Shown one piece after another: positions 27,835-32,000 of a DNA stretch of 32,000 nt (position 1 is the stretch's first letter; the number at the start of each line of letters is the position of its first letter). The notes beneath the pieces are model-generated. The model was not told the origin of the DNA and did no database searches. It saw only the letters and a program-made list of their open reading frames with translations. Both the position numbers and the translations under genes were made by a program. Origin of the DNA: Crocosphaera subtropica ATCC 51142 (lineage in GTDB: Bacteria > Cyanobacteriota > Cyanobacteriia > Cyanobacteriales > Microcystaceae); assembly GCF_000017845.1 (NCBI RefSeq), contig NC_010546.1:630001-662000 (forward strand). The letters run 5' to 3'.

Positions 27835-27927
27835 ATGATTTCTCACAGTTTTTTGGATTGGATTGCTGTTTTTATTTATATTGGATTTACTAGCTTAATT
27901 ATTTGGGTTGTTTGTTTTAAGAAATAG
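27835..27927 (+). CDS. Mini-ORF, 30 aa, hydrophobic with KK tail (speculative)
   Basis: It encodes MISHSFLDWIAVFIYIGFTSLIIWVVCFKK. An extended -10-like TGTTATAAT lies at 27774-27782, upstream of the ORF. Confidence 0.3.
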   Translation: MISHSFLDWIAVFIYIGFTSLIIWVVCFKK

Positions 27928-28034
27928 AAGGAAATGATCGTCAAATTTTTTCTAGATTGAAAAACAAGACTTCGTAGGATAAGATAAACTAGGGAAATCA
28001 GTTAATATATTATTTGAAAACTCGATAGATAGCA

Positions 28035-29375
28035 ATGTTAAATACAGAAACCATCGCTAATTATGCCCAAAATAGTGCAGAAAAACTCGGCATTAATAAA
28101 TATGATATTTATGGTTCTTCCATTGATGAAACCAGTGTTGAAGTGAATCATGGAGAACCCAAGCAAGTCCAAGCATCGAATCGCTCTAGTGTCATTGTTC
28201 GGGTGTGGAATGAGAAAGGAAGAGTTGGGGTGACAACCACCACAGATTTAGATGAACTCGGTATACAATTAGCTTTAGAAACGGCAAAAGAAGCCAGCAC
28301 TTTTGGAAACACAGAAAACCCCCCAGAGTTTAGTCCTGAAGCTAAAGCAACGATTGAAAATGCTGTTGATGAAATAGTAGAACCTGTCCCTGTTCCTACC
28401 CTAATAGATACCTTAATTAAAGCAGAAAAAAGCCTCCTAAACGCCCATCCCGCTATTCAAGGGGTTCCTTACAATGGGTTATCTCAAGAAGACATTAAAA
28501 GATTCTATCTCAACAGCGACGGTTCTCTACGTCAAGAAGCTCGTTCCTATGCAGTTATCTATCTTTATAGTCGTACCGAAGAAGAAGGAAAAAAACCGAG
28601 AGGTGCTAGTGCCATGAAAATCAGTCGGGGGTTAGAAACCTTAGACGTTGATGGCTGTTTAAAAGAAGTGACAGAAAAGACTATCAGTCATATTAATTAT
28701 CGCACCATTCCTTCAGGAAAATACACCGTTGTTTTTTCTCCGAAAGCCTTTTTGAGTTTAATTAGTGCCTTTTCTAATTTGTTTAATGCTCAAAATATTT
28801 TAGATAAACAAAGTCTTTCTAATTTAGATTCTATCGGAAAGGAAGTGGCTTCCCCTTTACTCTGTTTGTCTGATGATGCGCTTCATCCTGATAATATTGG
28901 GGCAGAAACCTTTGATGGAGAAGGAACCCCTACCCGTCGTGTTGAATTAATTAAAGATGGGGTATTAACTGGATTATTACACAGTGCAGGAACGGCTAAA
29001 CGGATGAATGTCCAACCCACAGGAAACGCTAATATTGGGGCAAAAGTTACAGTTGGTTCCCATTTTTATCACGTTTTTTCTAACTCAGAAACTAACCCCG
29101 AATACAACTTAGACGAAGCAGAAAATGTCATTTTGATTGATAAATTACAAGCCCTTCATGCAGGGGTTAATACCCTACAAGGTTCTTTTTCTTTACCCTT
29201 TGATGGATGGTTGGTTAATAAGGGAGAATTAACCAGTATTGACGCTGCTACAGTTGCAGGAGATTATCTAACCCTGTTGAAATCGATTATCGCTATCGAC
29301 TCAGAAGCAGAAGTAACCCCAGGAGGGGTGTGTCCGAGAATCTGGGTCAGTGATTTATCGATCACAGGGGAGTAA
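28035..29375 (+). CDS. TldD/PmbA family metalloprotease-like protein (PmbA/TldE type)
   Basis: 446 aa with a conserved C-terminal block: GAETFDGEGTPTRRVELIKDGVL...LQALHAGVNTLQGSFSLPFDGWLVNKGE. Confidence 0.88.
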   Translation: MLNTETIANYAQNSAEKLGINKYDIYGSSIDETSVEVNHGEPKQVQASNRSSVIVRVWNEKGRVGVTTTTDLDELGIQLALETAKEASTFGNTENPPEFSPEAKATIENAVDEIVEPVPVPTLIDTLIKAEKSLLNAHPAIQGVPYNGLSQEDIKRFYLNSDGSLRQEARSYAVIYLYSRTEEEGKKPRGASAMKISRGLETLDVDGCLKEVTEKTISHINYRTIPSGKYTVVFSPKAFLSLISAFSNLFNAQNILDKQSLSNLDSIGKEVASPLLCLSDDALHPDNIGAETFDGEGTPTRRVELIKDGVLTGLLHSAGTAKRMNVQPTGNANIGAKVTVGSHFYHVFSNSETNPEYNLDEAENVILIDKLQALHAGVNTLQGSFSLPFDGWLVNKGELTSIDAATVAGDYLTLLKSIIAIDSEAEVTPGGVCPRIWVSDLSITGE

Positions 29376-29477
29376 AGTTCTCTTACTTTATAACTGCTTT
29401 GTTACACTACCGTAGCCAAGAGTTACCCCGTAAAGATACATTAGATCAAGGAAAGCTTATCGAGTGTTACGGGAAAT

Positions 29478-29795
29478 ATGTCGAATACGTATACTGTTGA
29501 AATTAATCACCAAGGAACAACCCAAACCATTGAAGTTCCCGAAGATAAAACCGTGTTGGCTGCAGCCAAAGAAGCCGGTATAGAGTTACCCTTATCTTGT
29601 GAAGCAGGTGTTTGTACCACCTGTGCAGGAAAACTGTTAGAGGGGGAAGTTGAACAAGGGGATGGTATGGGGTTAAGCCCTGAATTACAAGCAGAAGGAT
29701 ATGCTTTATTATGTGTGTCCTATCCTCGTTCTAACCTAAAAGTTGAAACTGAAAAAGAAGAAGAGGTATATAGTCGACAGTTTCCACAACCTTAA
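29478..29795 (+). CDS. Plant-type [2Fe-2S] ferredoxin
   Basis: Cluster ligands follow the pattern SCEAGVCTTCAGKL ... LLCVSYP (Cys-x4-Cys-x2-Cys ... Cys). The protein is 105 aa. Confidence 0.92.
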   Translation: MSNTYTVEINHQGTTQTIEVPEDKTVLAAAKEAGIELPLSCEAGVCTTCAGKLLEGEVEQGDGMGLSPELQAEGYALLCVSYPRSNLKVETEKEEEVYSRQFPQP

Positions 29796-29816
29796 CAAAG
29801 TTTCATTTTAATGAAT

Positions 29817-29850
29817 AGGAGCTTAATCTGAATTAAGCTCCTTATTTTTT
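29817..29850 (+). terminator. Rho-independent terminator after the ferredoxin gene
   Basis: 11-bp perfect stem AGGAGCTTAAT / ATTAAGCTCCT (29817-29842) followed by TTATTTTTT. Confidence 0.8.
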
Positions 29851-29962
29851 GCTAAAATTTACTTTGCCTAAGATTCAGTTGTGATATTAAATATGCTTCA
29901 TTACTCATCATTAATCATGACTCAAAACCCCTACTCCCCAAAGTATAGTATTCAAAGAGATT

Positions 29963-32000
29963 TCATATTATAGTCCTCGGTAATAATAAAGTTGATTCTA
30001 TTTCTTTTTTTACTGTTGAACTAATATTTCCCTCTCCTTGGAGACATTTAACTAAGAAAACATTACTATTATAAAATTGGTTCCACAACGCTTTTTCTTG
30101 TTCCCTTAATTGCCAATCATAGCAAATTTTACGATGATTAATCAATAAAGTACGAAAAGTCTCAACCCATTCTTGACCTTGAGTTTTCCACCAAGATATG
30201 ATTTTTTCTTTTCCTTGTTCGAGATCAGGAAGTTGACTTTTTAAATTTCTAAACTCTTCTAAAAAATCAGGCTCAAGTTTAAATTTTTGTTCTATTTCTA
30301 AACTTAGACATAAACTTAAAAAATGCTTAATATTAGGATATTTTACTAAATTTAAACTATCTATAAAGCCTCGTGCTAAACTAGAATCAAGTTTAATTTC
30401 TTTACTTAATTTATTTTGATAAGCAAATTGGGAATCTAAGGATAAAGCCAAGTTAAAATCTCGATGATTAAATAAAGTAAAATAAAAAGCTCTAACTGCT
30501 GACTTTTGGTAAGGTAAATTCATAGATTCAACTTTCTCATTAAGGAATTTTAGGCAATGTTGTAACTTGATATTCTGTTCCGCAACATTATCTATAACAT
30601 CTTTAATCTTTAATAAGAAATTATCGGCTTTGGGTAACATATTAACTGTTAATAAAATAACTTCTTGCCAACTATCATCTGTTATTTTCTCCGCTAAATT
30701 TATTAATTTATTTTCTAAACTTTGACTATCGCTTGCTAGAATATGTCGAGCGGTAAAATACTCTTGAAAAGTAAGATGAGAAAAAGAATAAACATCTTTA
30801 GCTCTTTCTACTAATACTCCATGTTGTATTTCGATAGATTTTAAAATTGCTTCACTGGTTAGCCATAAACTTTCTATATCTTCTTTGAAATTACAAAAAT
30901 TGCATAAGTAATCTTCAATAATTTCTTGGATTTCACGACCTTCAAAAAAATAACGCCTTTCAGAAAAAGTGGCTGCAGCAATTTTAGATAATAACTTTCT
31001 TTTATCAACTAAAGGTAAATCGTGATAAAAATCATCTCGTTTAATTCCTCTGGAGCAATCCCAACGCTGTAGTAAAATGTCTAAACCTGCTTCATAAAGT
31101 TTAGCACGTTGGCGAGGAAATTTAGCTCTTTCTTTGAACACTGAACATAAAAGATTCAGCAAAATTGGTGTAACTGCTAATTCTCGAATGGCTTCATTTT
31201 CAGGGCTATTTAATTGCTCTAAAAATTGCCTTGCTTTTTTCTTGCCTTCTGCTTTAGTATTACTCGTGACTATAAACCATTGTTGTGCAAAATATTTGAT
31301 TTTATTATAATCAAAGTCTGCTATTTCTACATAATTAAAACCCTTAAAATGAAACTTTTGTGCTGAGCTTCTAGAGGTAATAATGATTGAGTTATGGTAA
31401 AAGTCTTGGAAGAACAACTGAATATTTTGACACAGTATTTCTCTATATTGCTGAGGAACTTCATCTAAGCCGTCTAATAATAAAAGAAATTTTCCTGCTT
31501 CTAATAAAATTGTTATCTGTTGATGGGATAATCCACAATTTTTACCGTAATCAATTAAATACTTTTCTAAATTAATAACTTGCTCATTATCTTCCATCCA
31601 TTCACTTCTTAATTGAATAAAACAAGGAATTAAATCTTGTCTATATTTTCCCTGATTACATTGTAGAGCCAGATACTGTAAAAAAGTGGTTTTTCCTGCG
31701 CCTGGTTTCCCTAAGATGACTAATTTATCCTGTTTACTGAGCAGTTCTCGATCAAACACAGTGTTAGAATAGGGTTTGGAAAGGCGGAAACTATCAAACT
31801 GTGCAAAAGAGCTTTCTAGATCAGACACCTCTAACCAGCGTTGATAGTTAGGTTGAAGGTAAAAACTGGTCTTAGTATAAATTTTCTCTAGAGGAGGTTG
31901 GGTCAATTCAAAAGAAGATTGTAAGACACTACACTGAGTTGTGATGGCATTTTGAACTCTAGAACGCATCACCGATACTAATTCTGACACCTCTAAACTG
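29963..32000 (-). CDS. NACHT-domain STAND NTPase, 5'-partial (continues beyond the window)
   Basis: Walker A is ILGKPGAGKTTFLQYLA (~31688-31715) and Walker B is LLLLDGLDEV, with downstream NACHT motifs (IIITSRS, TPILLNLLC). The frame is open through base 31999, so the GTG at 31990 is not the real start. The C-terminal ~230 aa looks helical and ends in YDWQL.EQEKALWNQFYNSNVFLVKCL. Confidence 0.85.
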   Translation of the reverse strand, partial: SLEVSELVSVMRSRVQNAITTQCSVLQSSFELTQPPLEKIYTKTSFYLQPNYQRWLEVSDLESSFAQFDSFRLSKPYSNTVFDRELLSKQDKLVILGKPGAGKTTFLQYLALQCNQGKYRQDLIPCFIQLRSEWMEDNEQVINLEKYLIDYGKNCGLSHQQITILLEAGKFLLLLDGLDEVPQQYREILCQNIQLFFQDFYHNSIIITSRSSAQKFHFKGFNYVEIADFDYNKIKYFAQQWFIVTSNTKAEGKKKARQFLEQLNSPENEAIRELAVTPILLNLLCSVFKERAKFPRQRAKLYEAGLDILLQRWDCSRGIKRDDFYHDLPLVDKRKLLSKIAAATFSERRYFFEGREIQEIIEDYLCNFCNFKEDIESLWLTSEAILKSIEIQHGVLVERAKDVYSFSHLTFQEYFTARHILASDSQSLENKLINLAEKITDDSWQEVILLTVNMLPKADNFLLKIKDVIDNVAEQNIKLQHCLKFLNEKVESMNLPYQKSAVRAFYFTLFNHRDFNLALSLDSQFAYQNKLSKEIKLDSSLARGFIDSLNLVKYPNIKHFLSLCLSLEIEQKFKLEPDFLEEFRNLKSQLPDLEQGKEKIISWWKTQGQEWVETFRTLLINHRKICYDWQLREQEKALWNQFYNSNVFLVKCLQGEGNISSTVKKEIESTLLLPRTII

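Overview
This is a chromosomal segment from an AT-rich, HIP1-bearing cyanobacterium. Diagnostic genes are psbA, cp12, ycf19/yggT, a DevBCA-type exporter, a group 2 sigma factor, clpP and a plant-type ferredoxin. Roughly two thirds is ordinary housekeeping: ilvN, cp12, rseP, a methyltransferase, clpP, a DUF21-CBS transporter, the sigma factor, devB/A/C, yggT, a PPOX-like flavoprotein, a PmbA/TldD-family protein and a ferredoxin. The 8.5-17.8 kb stretch is an accessory, mobile-element patch. In order it holds a DUF29-like gene, an intact ISL3 element and an AT-rich UvrD-like SF1 helicase with a RelE/ParE-like N-terminal module. psbA follows, with a clear promoter and terminator. Next come remnants of an MgtC-family gene disrupted by an HNH-type group II intron and an IS5/Harbinger-like IS. 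The intron has an intact RT ORF and domains V/VI, but no 5' end is visible. The IS transposase is itself split by a 52-nt GC-rich hairpin insertion. Other conflict-type genes are an exported TPR-CHAT protein (1.2-3.9 kb) and a NACHT STAND NTPase that runs off the right edge. Smaller observations include a hypothetical protein with a WW-like motif flanked by two hydrophobic mini-ORFs, and an untracked 46-aa membrane ORF. I saw no rRNA, tRNA or CRISPR array. All family calls come from motif recognition by eye on the supplied translations and sequence; no database search or structure prediction was run. The best candidate for a previously undescribed system is the RelE-like/SF1 helicase fusion.
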